A DNA stretch of 63,402 bases, filler included, from Bigelowiella natans CCMP2755 (lineage: Eukaryota > Protista > Cercozoa), in assembly GCA_000320545.1 (NCBI GenBank). It is 6 parts of 6 records of this genome, joined end to end, with 100 filler letters (N's around TTAATTAATTAA, not from the genome) between each part and the next. Parts side by side here need not be neighbours in the genome. Positions count along the whole stretch, not along the records: positions 1 to 30,829 come from ADNK01000898.1; 5 more parts are not named here. The stretch is one strand, 5' to 3'. The notes under the pieces are model-generated. The model searched no databases. It was not told the DNA's origin and saw only the letters and a list, made by a program, of their open reading frames with translations. The position numbers and the translations under genes were made by a program. This document shows positions 12,056-25,045 of this stretch, in pieces. Every line of letters starts with the position of its first letter. The first letter of the stretch is position 1.

Positions 12056-14697
12056 CCTCCTAAGATCTCATTAAAGGAGCCCTGACAGGACTCGCAAATA
12101 AACCAAACGCCGCTCGTTCTCGTCTTGAGATCGGGTTTTATTCAGGGCGTGTAACACTCCCCGCGAAAACGAAAATTGGATTCACTACTTGACATTCTCG
12201 CATTCCTATTCTGTATTTTGCATGCTAGTCGAAAAACCCACTTTTCTAGAAACATTTTAAAACTTATTCATTAATTGTCTTCCTTTCGCAGTGCAACCCT
12301 GGCCAAACGAATGTGGCAGCGCGCATGGTTGGAATCTGCTTTGAAGTTAATTTCAATGCTGGAAGGAACAGGAAGTGGTTTGGCCAGAAGTCTGGAGGAC
12401 ACGTGGTAAGCAAGGGGGTGAGATGTGTGCGCAAAATCAATCGCTTGCTGCGGATTGTCCGACATCATTGCGCGTCTCAATCGTTATTAAATACCTTCTT
12501 CGGGTTACCTTTCTCGGCAATCATTCTTCGCTTCCATCATCCCAACAAACACCATCATCATCATTATTATACTTATCATCACTAGCACCATCATCATCAC
12601 CTGACGAGGCTGGCCATACTATTCAGAGAAGTCTAAGCACTACTACTCCGTCCGTGGGGGAGCAGGGGAGACCGGGAGGCATCGTGGCTGTCAAGGGACA
12701 GAAGAGCGGCAAGACTTTTATAGCACTCGAGTGGATGTGCATGGTGTTTCCGAAGGTGAAAGGATAGTTTATACGTATGCGCCGCCACATGTATGTCGCC
12801 AGTGCATTTCTAGGAGCATATTATCGAATGTGACGCCTACATATAGGTGCTGCAAATGAGCTCCCAGGGGGAGAGCAACAGATTAGAAGAAGTGCTAGAA
12901 GGTGGCAGAATAGAGCATTAATCACAATATGATCCGACACAGAGCACATAGCACATACACACACGCAACCGTACGTAAGTATGAATGGTAGCATGATTTG
13001 TGCTTTTTCCCCGCATTTTGGCGACTTTAATTGCAAGAAAAGAAAGCTGCGTGTGGTAGTGCTACCCATACATGCAAACCAAACTAATGTCGAAAGTATC
13101 GCTAGTCAGTTCTCACATTCCTCTGGCGTTGCTATGTTCTACAATTAAAGGTTCCAATGAATACAAGTACAGGATTCTACCCCAGCTGCACCTCAATGCG
13201 AACTTGCAAGAAGGAGCAACTCGAAAACGCAGCATCTAGCTGATGTTAGCAATGCCGCGATCGAATAGATGAGATGATCATTTTGCTTCTTTGCCTTTCA
13301 TTATCTGCTAATCTGCTGAAGTCTTTCTACCCTCTGCGTGTGGCCATGTGCACAGCATGCATCGATTCGCAGCAAATCACATGCTGTGGTTTGCAGATCA
13401 CGCGCAAGCGCCACGTGTGTGCACGCGCGCGAGTCGCGATGCTGGCGCTTGACTGTCTAACTGTGCATGCCGATGCGAGCGCACAGCGCGCCCGTGTGCG
13501 TTGCGGGGCGTGCTAGCGTGCGTGGCCATGCTGTGATGATTGTGTGCGCTCCAGGCACTGCCAGACCTGCTGCCAGACTGTTTGTGCTGCCACACACGTC
13601 TAGACGCGTGGCACGAACCGATTCACCATGTGCACAATGCACAGGTCCAAAAGTGCGGTTGCTGATTGAGCGTAATTGACAAGTGCGATGCACAATTTCG
13701 CCTGACTGCTTCGTGCCAGCAGCAAGTTGCGACGACGGGCAGCAAGCCACACACGCAGCTAGCTAGCTAGACAGGGGTGTCGAGAGAGTCGCACCAAAGC
13801 ACGCAATCTTCAATTGCAATGTCCAGACGTGTGCTTTCTTCAAATTCTAGAATTGCCCCAAAAAATCGAAGGGTGACAAAATACTTCCGCCACCCTCTGG
13901 CCCTTCTAGCCAGACGCAGCTAGGCAGCCGGACAGTGCGGCAGGAAACTTTGATCAGCTCATTGCACCGTTCTCACATTGCGCTGGATGTTGACTTCATT
14001 CATGATGCAGCACAGAGGCAGGGATAGACTGTCATCCTCACCCTGACATGCGCAGATTGCTCGCTTCGACATCCATCGAGGGAATGATCGAGGGAGGGGG
14101 GGAATGAAGTTTTTTTTGAACATTGGACGCCAAACATCGACTCCGCATTGATGCAGTCAAAGCATTTGCATGCGCGCAGTTTTTGAGTGTCGCACAGAGA
14201 GGTTTGCCCTCGATTTCCGCTGAAACACATTTGTGTTGCAGGTTGCTGATGAGATGGCAGATATTTGTGGCGACAGGGTGAAAAGTCCTCAAGATTTGGC
14301 GACTTAGCCAATTCATCCTTATCGCGATTAAAAAACGCCCACGACATCACCACAAACTGTCTTTGCGAGAGGGCCTGGTGCGTCTAATTCCTGCCTGGAC
14401 GCAGTCGGATCGCCCTGCGTCTGTTACAATTCGCGATTGCGAAGTCAGAAAGAAACTGCAGTCGTTTCTGCTGTGGATTTCTTGCGCTAAACGAATGATT
14501 TTAGCCCCTGCGACATCGATGATTCCGCAAAAAGGCAGGATTTTGCCAGGGCTGAATCAAACCCCATCGTGAGTGGAGAAACTAGAAGAGTGGGCCCCAC
14601 AGAAATCCATTCCGTTTCGTCCCTCACCCTTGGACTGGACCACTTCGATCGTTGAGCGAAATCGGGAGGAGAACGGAAAAGGTTTTGAAACGTCAGA

Positions 14698-15501
14698 ATG
14701 TCGTCTGGAGGAGTCCAAGTCGCCGTGCGGGTTCGCCCCTTCAATAAACGGTTGGTTAAGAATGACTGATTCTTTCTTTACGTAGCCAGAGAACATCTCC
14801 TATGTTTTGGGTTTCTATGTCCTAGCAATGAATTTCCTCCCTTTAAAACTGTTGATTTCACGTTTATTCCTGCAAATCCCACAGTGAAAAAAACATGAAT
14901 GCCAAGTGCTGCATTCGAATGAAGACTCCAGCAACATGGATTAGAAACCCAGATAATGACCAGGAGAAACAATTCACCTTCGACTATTCCTACTGGTCGC
15001 ATAGTGGCTACAAGGAAGAAGTGAGCACACGAAACATGAACAACACACATGCAAGCCAGTTTGTTGGCGAGAAGCTGAATATACCCCTCCAACAGCAATG
15101 CCCCAATCTCACCCCGTATCATTTTTTGTAAGGATTCTTCAATTTACATTTTTGAGGATGCAATCAAGTATCTTTCAAAATCCCTTCACTGTCTATAATC
15201 GTTGCAGGATAATGGACTCCTCGTCGCCACCGACGATAACTACGCCACACAGATGGGGGTCTACAAAGATCTTGGAGAAGCCGTCTTAAACAATTGTTTC
15301 GAGGGATATAACACAAGTTTGTTCGCTTACGGGCAGACCGGGTCTGGAAAGAGCTATTCTATGGTAATACCTAATAGAATATCCTACGCTTACCGAAGGA
15401 AAAAAACCTCGTGCCAAATAGGTCCCTTGGAGTTAATTGCATCTCCTCATACTCTCTCTTTTTGCTTGATCTACTATATTAATATTATGTGTACATACAT
15501 T

Positions 15502-15541
<40 letters not shown>

Positions 15542-16279
15542 TCTTATATGTGAAGATTCGCTGACACAGTTCTTCTATCCTATCTACCTTCCCCTCAACT
15601 TAGGTTGGCTACGGCCCAAACAAAGGGATCATCCCCATCGTATGTGAAAACCTATTCCGGCGTGTAGACGAGGGAAAGCAGAACCCCAGCGTGTCCTACC
15701 AAGTCACCGTTGTGATGATGGAGATCTACAACGAGCAGCTGCGAGACTTGCTGCACCCAAAAGTGAACAAGAAGGGTGGGCTCAAGATTCGATCAAACAA
15801 AAAGATCGGCGTGTACATCCCCGGCCTCAAGGAGGAGCCGGTGGATAGCTACGAGGCTATTGAGCGCAAGATGCAAGAAGGAACCGCCAACCGTATGGAC
15901 CTCCTAAGACAGCAGCGACTACCATGGCGTGTGGGTTAGCGATAAGAGAGTTACATCACTGAATCGCTGTGCCTGCTTTCTTTAGGTACTGTGGCTTCGA
16001 CGAAAATGAACGCCACGTCGTCGCGCGCGCACACGATTTTCGGGATCATGTTCACCAAGATTACACAGGACGGCGAAGTGAAGTCCGAATCGGTATGTAT
16101 GCATGCGGATCCTCTTTGTCTTGTACGAAAACCAACTTAGATTTCTCCCCCCGCCTCCTCTCTCCTCCTCCCCTCCTCCTCATAGGTGTCCAAGGTGAAT
16201 CTTGTCGACTTGGCAGGTTCTGAGCGTGCTGAATCTACTGGAGCTACTGGAGACCGACTCAAAGAGGGTACATATAAAT

Positions 16280-16353
<74 letters not shown>

Positions 16354-17246
16354 AACAGCGCACAATTGAAGGCATTTAGTTAAGTAAACCATCCCATCCT
16401 CATTACTGCCGCTGTTCTCCTCTGTTCGTGCTCCCCGCCTACCCTTAGGTTGTGCTATTAACCAGTCCCTTTCGTCTCTGGGAAACGTCATTTCCGCCCT
16501 CGCTGACAAAGCCATGGGGAAGAAGAAAGTCTTCGTTCCATACCGTAACTCCGTTCTCACGCAGATGCTTCAGGTAGGATTCTGAAGCGCATTCCCATCA
16601 GTCCACAAAACGAAACGATGATGCCGCGGACGTTAGAAAACTCGAATCTCAATCAACTAACGGTGCCGATGCCTGCCTTTCAACACAGGACGCCCTGGGG
16701 GGTAACTCGAGGACGATTATGATTTGTGCGTTGTCGCCTGCCGACGTTAACTACGAAGAAACCCTCTCGACGCTCCGTTACGCCGATCGTGCCAAGAAGA
16801 TCAAGAACAAAGTTCAGAAGAATGAGAACCCTACGGACAGGGCCATTCGTCTCCTTAAGGTGCGGTCATCCACCCAGCTTGCCGTTGCTTTGCACATGCG
16901 ATGTTCACTCGGAATCAACGGTCTAGATCGCTTCTTCGTTTTCCTCTGCTTGTTATTATTAGTATTGCACGCTGATGTACTCAATGCTGCCCTCCCCCTC
17001 CCCCCCCTCGTTGTTGATCAATATTAGGAGGAGAATGCGAAGCTGAAGAAGCTTCTCGAAGGTAAAGGAATGAGCCTCGACGACCTCAAGGCAGCGGGTG
17101 ATGGCGGCGGTGGAGGCGGTGCGGATCCCGCCGAGATGAAGGCGCTCAAGGACAAGTTGAAGGAGATGGAAGACAACCAGAAGATGATCGACGAGATGAA
17201 TAAGTCATGGGATGAAAAACTTGCGGTGAGATGATCAATAAGTATG

Positions 17247-17289
<43 letters not shown>

Positions 17290-17318
17290 TCTCTCTTTCT
17301 CGCCCACTCGCAAACATA

Positions 17319-17397
<79 letters not shown>

Positions 17398-17733
17398 AAT
17401 ATTAACTCTCGCATACCTGTTATTTCCAGGAAGCTGAAGCACGTGGCAGGGCCAAAGCAGCAGAGGGAGGCCCATCGCTTGCTTCAGATGCCTCCAAACT
17501 AGAAATTCCGTACCTGATCAACTTGCACGAGGACGAAGCAATGACGAACACCTTCATTCACAAGCTCAAGGACGGTGAAACGAAGTGCGGAAGAAAGGAC
17601 TCGAAGGAGAAGCAGGATATCTACTTCGCGGGTCTCGGCATCAAGAAGGAGCACTGTATCTTCGAGTATGTTGCCGTTTTTTTCCCCTAATGGGATACCA
17701 TGAATGCTTTGCAGAGCGCGCCCGCATGCATGC

Positions 17734-17795
<62 letters not shown>

Positions 17796-20010
17796 AATTC
17801 CTGACATCTCTACCTCTATTTAACTAAATAAAACCGTCCAGATATAAGGATCAGCACATGCATGTGACCCCATTGAATAACGGGAAGACCTTCATCAACG
17901 GAGACAAGATCAACGAGAAAACGGAACTACATCTTGGCGATCGCGTCGTGATGGGAAGCAATTTCTTCTTCATTTACATGACGCCCGGGGAACATAAGGA
18001 GGTCCAATTCAAGACCTTCAAGGACGCTTACGACGAGCTGATGTCCAAGCAAAGCAGCAACATGAGCGACAAAGTCAGCAGCGAGATGAGCAAGCTCTTC
18101 GGTGCCGATGAAAAGGCCGAGGCGAAGAGAGCGGAGCTCGAGCGAAAGCTGCAGGAGATGGAGGAGAAATTCAAGGTTGGAGTATTCCTTGGGTGTTCCC
18201 TCGTATGTAGATACTTTTAAGATGTGGGGATTGTATCCACGTTGCATAACATCCGAAAGCATGCTTGCCCATGCCTACCCTCTCACACAGCACTCACTTA
18301 TTCACCCCCCACGCATTCAGGCTGCACAGGCCGAAAACAAGCGCAAGCTCGAGGCCCAGGCCGTAAAGTACTCGCAAATGGTCGCAAGCGGCGAAATGAG
18401 TGCGGAGGACGCGAAGCGAGAGCTCTCCGCCGAGGACAAAAAGATGAATGCGGATGAGGCGAAGGCCAACGAGGAGAAGAAAAAGGTGCAGAGGGAGAAG
18501 AAGATCCTGATGTGTAGGAAGAAGCTTGAGCACACTCTGGACAAGCTGATTCCGAGGATAAAGGAGATGAACCAAGTCGCGCAGGAGATGGAGAAGGAGG
18601 TGAAGTTCGAGGTCAAGCTCCAGCAGCGCACTGACAACATCCAGGCGATCCTCGCTACCGACCAGGCGGACCGGCTCGCCGTTATGGACCCCGTCGTCAT
18701 CGTCAAGAACAAGAAGAGCAACTCTTCGTACACGTGGCCAAAGGACAAGTTCGAGCAGAGAAGATACCTGATCCTCGAGCAGTTCCAGAAATTCCAGGAG
18801 GGCGAACTCGAGCCCTGCACGGATGCGGACGACCCCTTCTGGGACCCCCCCGAGCCCAAGAAGATCGGGCGCGCCATCGTCTTCCTCAAGTCGCTTAGCC
18901 ACCTCGTTGAAATCGACCACGAGGGAACGAAGCCTTTCGACCTTACCGACACGCGCGGGAAGCCCGTCGGCGGCCTGCACATCCGCATGCTGCCATCCGG
19001 AATCGAGGACGAGGAGATCGACTACCTGCAAGACCCGCAGGAGCTCGTCGGAATGAGCTTCAAGATCAAGGTCTGCATCGACTCGGGCGTCAACATCCCC
19101 GAGGATGCGTGCAACTTCCTGCATGTCAGTATGCTCTTCCAGGACCAGACCTTCATCACCCCTATGGTGAAGGAGCGCACGACATCGCCCAAACTTCACG
19201 TACAGCACCGTCCTCAAGTTCGATGATGCCGACGATACGCTCCTCAAATACTTCCTCAAAGAGGTCGCCGTATTTGAGCTGCGCGGCTTCCCCGATGGGC
19301 AGACTCCAGTCGTCGAGGAATCGGAAATGGTGCTGAAGGCCAAGTTCGAGAAGGCGCGCACCGCTTGGAAGGACGACCAGGACAACAAAGAGCTCCACGA
19401 AGAATTCAAGGCTGCGAAGAAGGCCTACAGTGCTGTCAAGAAAAAGAACCAGGAGAAACTTGCTAAGATGAAAATTGAAGCCCCGCCTGCCGAGGAGAAA
19501 AAGGCGCCTGCCGAGGAAAAGAAGGCGTCTGCCGAGGAAAAGAAGGCGCCTGCCGAGGAAAAGAAGGGGGAACAGCCAGCAACAACAGCTGCACCACCAA
19601 CAGCAAAGGAGGAAAAGAAGGATGAGGAGAAAAAGGGCGGTGGAGGGAGCGTCGAAGAGCTAAAAGCCAAGTTTGAGGCAGCCCGCGCCGCCTGGAAGGA
19701 AGACCAGGAAAATGAGGAGAAGAAGGAGGCGTTTAAGGCGGCAAAGAAGGCGTTTAAAGAGGCCGAGCGGGCAGCTGAAGCCTCCCCAGAAGAGGCTTCC
19801 AAGACCGAGGTGGCTGCTGATGCTGCACCTGCACCTGCTTCCCCCCCCGGAGGCGAAGGAGGCCAAAGCGAAGTAGAAAAATTAAAGGCAGCTTTCGACG
19901 CCGCACGAGCTGCTTGGAAGGCTGACCAGGAAAATAAGGAACTGCACGAGGCATTCAAAAATGCCAAGAAAGCATTCAAAGCCGCCGAGGTCGCAGCGGC
20001 GACAAACTGA
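14698..20010 (+). CDS. Kinesin-3 motor (KIF28/KLP-6-like): motor + FHA + coiled coil + C2-like domain + repeated helical tail; apparent +1 frameshift at ~19191
   Basis: [29 protein letters not shown]-loop [79 protein letters not shown]; FHA region ([24 protein letters not shown]); [22 protein letters not shown]. Confidence 0.95.
17248..17393. repeat. Compound (CT)n/(TA)n microsatellite, representative of dozens of intronic (TA)n, (CA)n, (GA)n, (GAT)n and (TAG)n tracts
   Basis: Seen directly; most tracts fall inside predicted introns. Confidence 0.95.
19333..19990 (+). repeat. Three ~35-aa helical repeats plus four 21-nt (P/S)AEEKK repeats in the kinesin tail
   Basis: [32 protein letters not shown] / [32 protein letters not shown] / [32 protein letters not shown]; unit cctgccgaggaaaagaaggcg at about 19486-19566. 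Confidence 0.9.
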
Positions 20011-21326
20011 GAGGCTTTTTATTCCTGCCTGCCATGACATGTAATTGATTACGGGATGTCGAAACATGATGGAGACGCATAAGCATTTAAATTATGTAGC
20101 CAGCAGTGGTGGTGCAATGTAATTATTCATTGAACCTCTGAAATGATCTAAATTGTATCTGTTCACGTGCCTTGTTCATTACCTCGTAAGGAACCCTTGT
20201 CACATATTGAAGACTGAGGGATAGATACTGGCAAATGTAAATGCACAATTTGATAGCTTCTATCATGCACGCAATGCGTCGAATTCGCGTAGCAAAACGC
20301 CCGACAGAGCCGAGCCTCTAGCCTACTGCATCGCTTGTCGTTACATGTTACATTTACAGTTGGTGAGTGTATATTACTGCGCTTCGTTAGCGCCAGATAA
20401 ACCGGCTTGACTAGGCGGGCGGCGCGCACTTCTTAGCCTGCACCACGCACAATAATTGTCACCCAAAAATTGTCCCATTATTCTATACACGCTTAAGGTT
20501 GTATAAAAGCTAAAAGATCAGAAGGAAATATGACGGTCGCCATCGTAGTAGCGCGTTACGATGCAGTATTTACACCGTCATTCACGCGTACGAGCTGGTG
20601 AGAGGCATTGGCCCACATGCTAGCATGATTCATGGTTGGTACACGGTTTCTGTGACTCTCATCTAATGTCACACACATGCATGTCGTAGAGATGCATGAA
20701 CGACTACTCAAATCACGCTGAATTCACCTATTTTGCGCTGTGCGCCGCTGAGAGAAAAACGATGGCATCAGCTACTGACATCAGATACTACGTGCGCATC
20801 TACATCGTATATACCTGCACAGACATTCTAGACATTGCCTAATGCTGCATTTAGATTAGAAACATTGTTACTATTGTCATATTATCTTCATTAATAGTCG
20901 TGATCGTGCATACGCCCCAGCTTCCGAACCGATGGCACGTGGCATACGCGCGCACATATAGTCCAGGTTTCGGTACAATGCGAGACGAATCGAGCCATCA
21001 TTCACACTTAATATTCTTCGGCTCATGCTAGGACTAAGCATCGATTGAGCTATTATAAATATGCAACTGGTCACTGCCATTCTTAGCGTTTTTAGTGTAG
21101 TTTGCAAAGATAAACCCAGCATGGGATTTTCATATAGCCCTGCAATTGAATATTGTAATTCGACTAAGTATTCATGAATTTCTTCCTGCTTCTTCCCTCC
21201 TCCTGCGAGACGCCTCGCATCCGAACTTGCAACCTCAACGTTGTAGCTGATATCGACGAGATAATACCTGGTGATTTGTTCTTCGAAGTTGAATCGACAG
21301 CACAAGATCCATTGGAGCATGCATCA

Positions 21327-22355
21327 TCAGAGTTTGCTTTTTGCGGAGTTCGTTGGTTCATTGCCGCTGAAGATACTGCTGAGCCGAAAATGCTGCAGAC
21401 GCTTTTCCTCCCTCATTCTCTCAGCACTGACTTTCGATGAGCATGACTTTCTTAGCACCCCAATGTTGCTGTTATCGTTGTTGCCAGGTACACTTTGTTT
21501 TCTGCAGCATGTGCATAGAATTCCAATAACTCTTCCGAAGTGCTCCAGTGGGAAGCACGCGTTGATGGCGATGCAGTTCAATATTGCGTCCACCGTGGAG
21601 TAGAAAAAGGCCGGTTTCGAGATCAGCTTTGAGTCGTTTTCGCGAATCGCAATCGCGATGAGGACGGTGAACAAAAAGCTCGAAAGGAATCCGAAAGACA
21701 TCGATAGCACGTTGCGTATGCGCACGCTGTAGTATATCATATCGTTCGTGTCTTTCCGTTTGCTCAAGAACAGGGCGGGGAATAGCAGAACTGTTCCAAA
21801 GAGGAAAGACCCGATGTCACCCACCGTGATGAAGTACACAGTGCATCGGATGATGGTCACATGCAGATCATTTCTTTGTACACGCACGCACACTCTTTCT
21901 CCACCACGATCCTCTTCATGCAACTCCTCGAACATGGTGGCAAGACAGAACCCCGTCGTAGACATCCCGCCGACGACGTTCACCCATCTGTAGGCCCACT
22001 TGCGCGTGGCGGAGAGTTCGTCTATGCTGTCGAAAACCGCCACCTTGGAAATGAAGAAGCGGTAGAGCTGCAGCTTTTGGATGAAGTATGTCCAGACAGC
22101 AACTTCCCTCGCGGCAGGGCTGCAGAAGCTGGAAAAATCAAACACGAAGGCCGAAAGAGTGATGTATCCTATCGACAAGATGCCGTGGTACACAAGGACG
22201 TTTCGTTTCATCACCACCACAACCTCGTTCGAAATCCTCGAGAAGTTGTAATCAAAGGCATGGAGGACTCCGAAGCTCGTGGAGAGAGCGGCGCAGATGA
22301 CGACCGAGCACTGGAGCAACTCCCACGGGATTGTACACGTAAACAGCGTCCACAT
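21327..22355 (-). CDS. Intronless multi-pass (about 7 TM) GPCR-like membrane protein
   Basis: Continuous ORF (first ATG at 22355, MWTLFTCTIPW) with about seven hydrophobic segments, Cys in predicted extracellular loops (FCSP, RVCV), last helix VDAILNCIAINACF followed by LCTCC and a Ser/basic tail. Confidence 0.7.
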   Translation of the reverse strand: MWTLFTCTIPWELLQCSVVICAALSTSFGVLHAFDYNFSRISNEVVVVMKRNVLVYHGILSIGYITLSAFVFDFSSFCSPAAREVAVWTYFIQKLQLYRFFISKVAVFDSIDELSATRKWAYRWVNVVGGMSTTGFCLATMFEELHEEDRGGERVCVRVQRNDLHVTIIRCTVYFITVGDIGSFLFGTVLLFPALFLSKRKDTNDMIYYSVRIRNVLSMSFGFLSSFLFTVLIAIAIRENDSKLISKPAFFYSTVDAILNCIAINACFPLEHFGRVIGILCTCCRKQSVPGNNDNSNIGVLRKSCSSKVSAERMREEKRLQHFRLSSIFSGNEPTNSAKSKL

Positions 22356-23022
22356 CCCCCCCCCTCCCACCAACGATGTAATGATGTGTTCAGCAAATGA
22401 TAACCCTAATGCTGCTCGCGATCTTCAAGAGAAATCTCTCCACTTGATCATTCACCGCTCTGCTGCATGCAGCAGCACACAAACACAACCATCGGGTGTG
22501 TGCGGGCGAGAGCGGCGACGACTTCGGTATTCGCGGGCAATCTGTACTCTTATCTAGATTATTCCGACCCGAATTCCTTGTCGCATTCACAAATCGCTGA
22601 GGATTTTCTCCGAAAATGAACGATCTTCTGCTTTCAAGAGGAGAGCTCGAGAAGCGTTCCGACTCAGGCGGCTGACTGAGACGGACGACTGCCTTGACTC
22701 CCACTCCAGACTTGCCAGAATCGCCTTGTTTTCATTCCGAAATCCCCTGCAATTTGGGAAAATGGAAATGGCATTGAATTCTGGAAAAAGACAAGATTTG
22801 AAACTCTAAATCACCGGCATTTCGGGTTGCCGCGCCAGCAGGATTTGAATTTTTAAAAAGATCCTCTGTGAGATCGTCGGCTACTGGCTGCGAGCTACGA
22901 GTGCTGGCGCTGAACAATCTGGAGAGGCAGGCAGGGGCGCAACAGTCCGTCACAATTCAGGATTCTGCACTGAAGAAAGGCTCACGTCAACAACTTCGAA
23001 AAATCCTTTCATTACATTCATC

Positions 23023-24453
23023 ATGGCCGATGTTACTGCGAGTATGAAAGCACTTAGTATGTCTAGTTCATCTGGTGACCAGAAAGAAAGACCCAGCCCT
23101 GTACCGGCTGGAGAACACATCACGCAATACAAAATAGAGGTGATGTGCCAATGATTCCATTGTCGTGAAACATCAGACTCATTCGACAGCCCGATGTTCA
23201 TGAATTGTGATGCTGTGTACAATGTGCGCGCAACGAGGAAATATTTTTAAATCATTAGTGTGATGGCTTGAAGGACAAAATGGAATGTCTCGTTGATCTC
23301 TTAGAGGTAAGTGCTAGAAAATGTGGGCCATGAAACATTAGGATAATTATTGTTTATTGTGGGAAGGCTGGAAAGATGAATTGAGTGAAAGTGACGTTTA
23401 AAAAAGAGAAATAGCAGGATTCGAAGATTGTTGATGTAGTATGTTTGTAGGGTTTCGTTTTGAAATTAACAACCACGATTCCTCGTTTTTGCCTCAAATT
23501 TTTATTTTTAACTACTGGGCTACGTCTAGCAAGCAGTGTACATGCAGCAGCTACAAACGTACTTGATATTCTCGCTGAAGTTTACTAATATTAATAAAAA
23601 AATAAGGCGAAAAAAGTTTTTGGACAGTGCATGGTGTTTTGCACCACCCGCACAAGTCTTATGAACCTGGCGAAATATGTGAAAAATCATGAAGAAATGA
23701 AGTATAGTCTAGTGCTCGTCCTGCACGGAAAACTAGACAAAGCCGATCGTGATCAGGTACATAAAACTGTTTCCCCATGTTTTTCAGTTATTTCTCTTTT
23801 AAGGGATTTGCGATGCTACCCGTCGAATAAATTGTGTAGAAACATGGCCACGTATCTATCGTCATCATATCACCAATGACTGTCACCAGGCCGTGGAAGA
23901 TTTCAGAAACTTCAAGTACAAAATCATTCTGTGCACTGATGCGCTCGCGAGGGGTTTCAATCTTCCAGAAGTAAGTGTAGTCATCCACTTCGATGTAGCC
24001 TATAATCAAGATAACCACATTCATCGAATGGGGAGTTGCGGCCGTATAGGTGCGGATGGGAAGCATCAGAATGGTCATACCATCACGTTGCTTGAAAATG
24101 GCAAAGAAGTAGATAAATTAAGGCGAATAGAAGACGGGCTACCCAAAGAAATGAAAAGCAAATCCGTAGATCGATCTAGATCTAATTTAAACGCAGTATT
24201 TAACATAGATTACATAGATTATTTGAAAGAAGAACTCAAAGAAAAATACGCAGAATTTGTAAAGTGGTTTATGAAAATGAAAATAAAAAATGGTAATCCA
24301 TTCGCTTTTTTTGAATACAAACATCTTTGTGTGATAACTGTAGGAAATATAAAATACAAAGAAGAATACAAGAAATTTTTAGAAAATCTTACACTAGATT
24401 ACGATGAATTAAAAATAGAAGATGCAAAAAAATTTGCAAATGGACCTGTCTAA
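23023..24453 (+). CDS. Stand-alone DEAD-box helicase C-terminal (RecA2/HELICc) domain protein, DDX19/Dbp5-like, no N-terminal DEAD domain
   Basis: Four exons: MADVTASM..EHITQYKIE / CDGLKDKMECLVDLLE / AKKVFGQCMVFCTTR..LHGKLDKADRDQ / AVEDFRNFKYKIILCTDALARGFNLPEVSVVIHFD..HIHRMGSCGRIG. Motifs IV, IVa, V and a degenerate VI are present. Confidence 0.82.
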
Positions 24454-24932
24454 CAACGCAAAGAGGGCATGAATGTTTGAGAAATTATCCCCACCAAATT
24501 ATTGTATTAGTGCCAAATTCATTCAACCATTTCTGGTCGAAGTGCACTACCTGCAGCTGCATGTGTGCAGCATGGCTGAATCCAAGATGAACGGTGGAGC
24601 ATCGTAGCAGCAGCCTAGCTAGCGGCTAGCAGCAGCAGCAGCAGCAGCATAGCATCATTGTGTCCACCTGTGTAGCTAGCTAGCAGTCTAGAGTGCGTGA
24701 TGCTAGCATGACTAGATGGCCATGATGCGATGTGTGAGTGATCTGCCGACGATGACACTGACGAACGTGCATCACGATGCTAATGACTAGATGGTCAACT
24801 TTGGGATGTGACGGTGTTGGGCAATCGCAGCGCAACAATCTAGCAATGCTAGCAGAATGTTCTAGTGTTGAGCAATGTTGCCATCTTTTGCTGCAGCCGA
24901 TCTAGCGATGTGTCTACTATGATATTATTATA

Positions 24933-24971
<39 letters not shown>

Positions 24972-25045
24972 CCCAGGAAGACAGCAACGCGCGCGTTGAC
25001 GAGCGCATGTTTGATAGTCATTTGTCTGATGTGTAATGATTAAAG

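Noticed and set aside
13772-13781. CAGGGGTGTC resembling a hAT terminal inverted repeat
   Set aside because: No matching inverted copy or 8-bp target duplication found in the window.
12271-14353. Short ORFs between anoctamin and kinesin
   Set aside because: Could not build a consistent spliced gene or recognise any motif.
18294-19979. Long antisense ORFs opposite the kinesin (also 27007-28239 opposite IFT70 and 9852-10900 opposite anoctamin)
   Set aside because: Shadow ORFs caused by GC3-rich codon usage on the coding strand.
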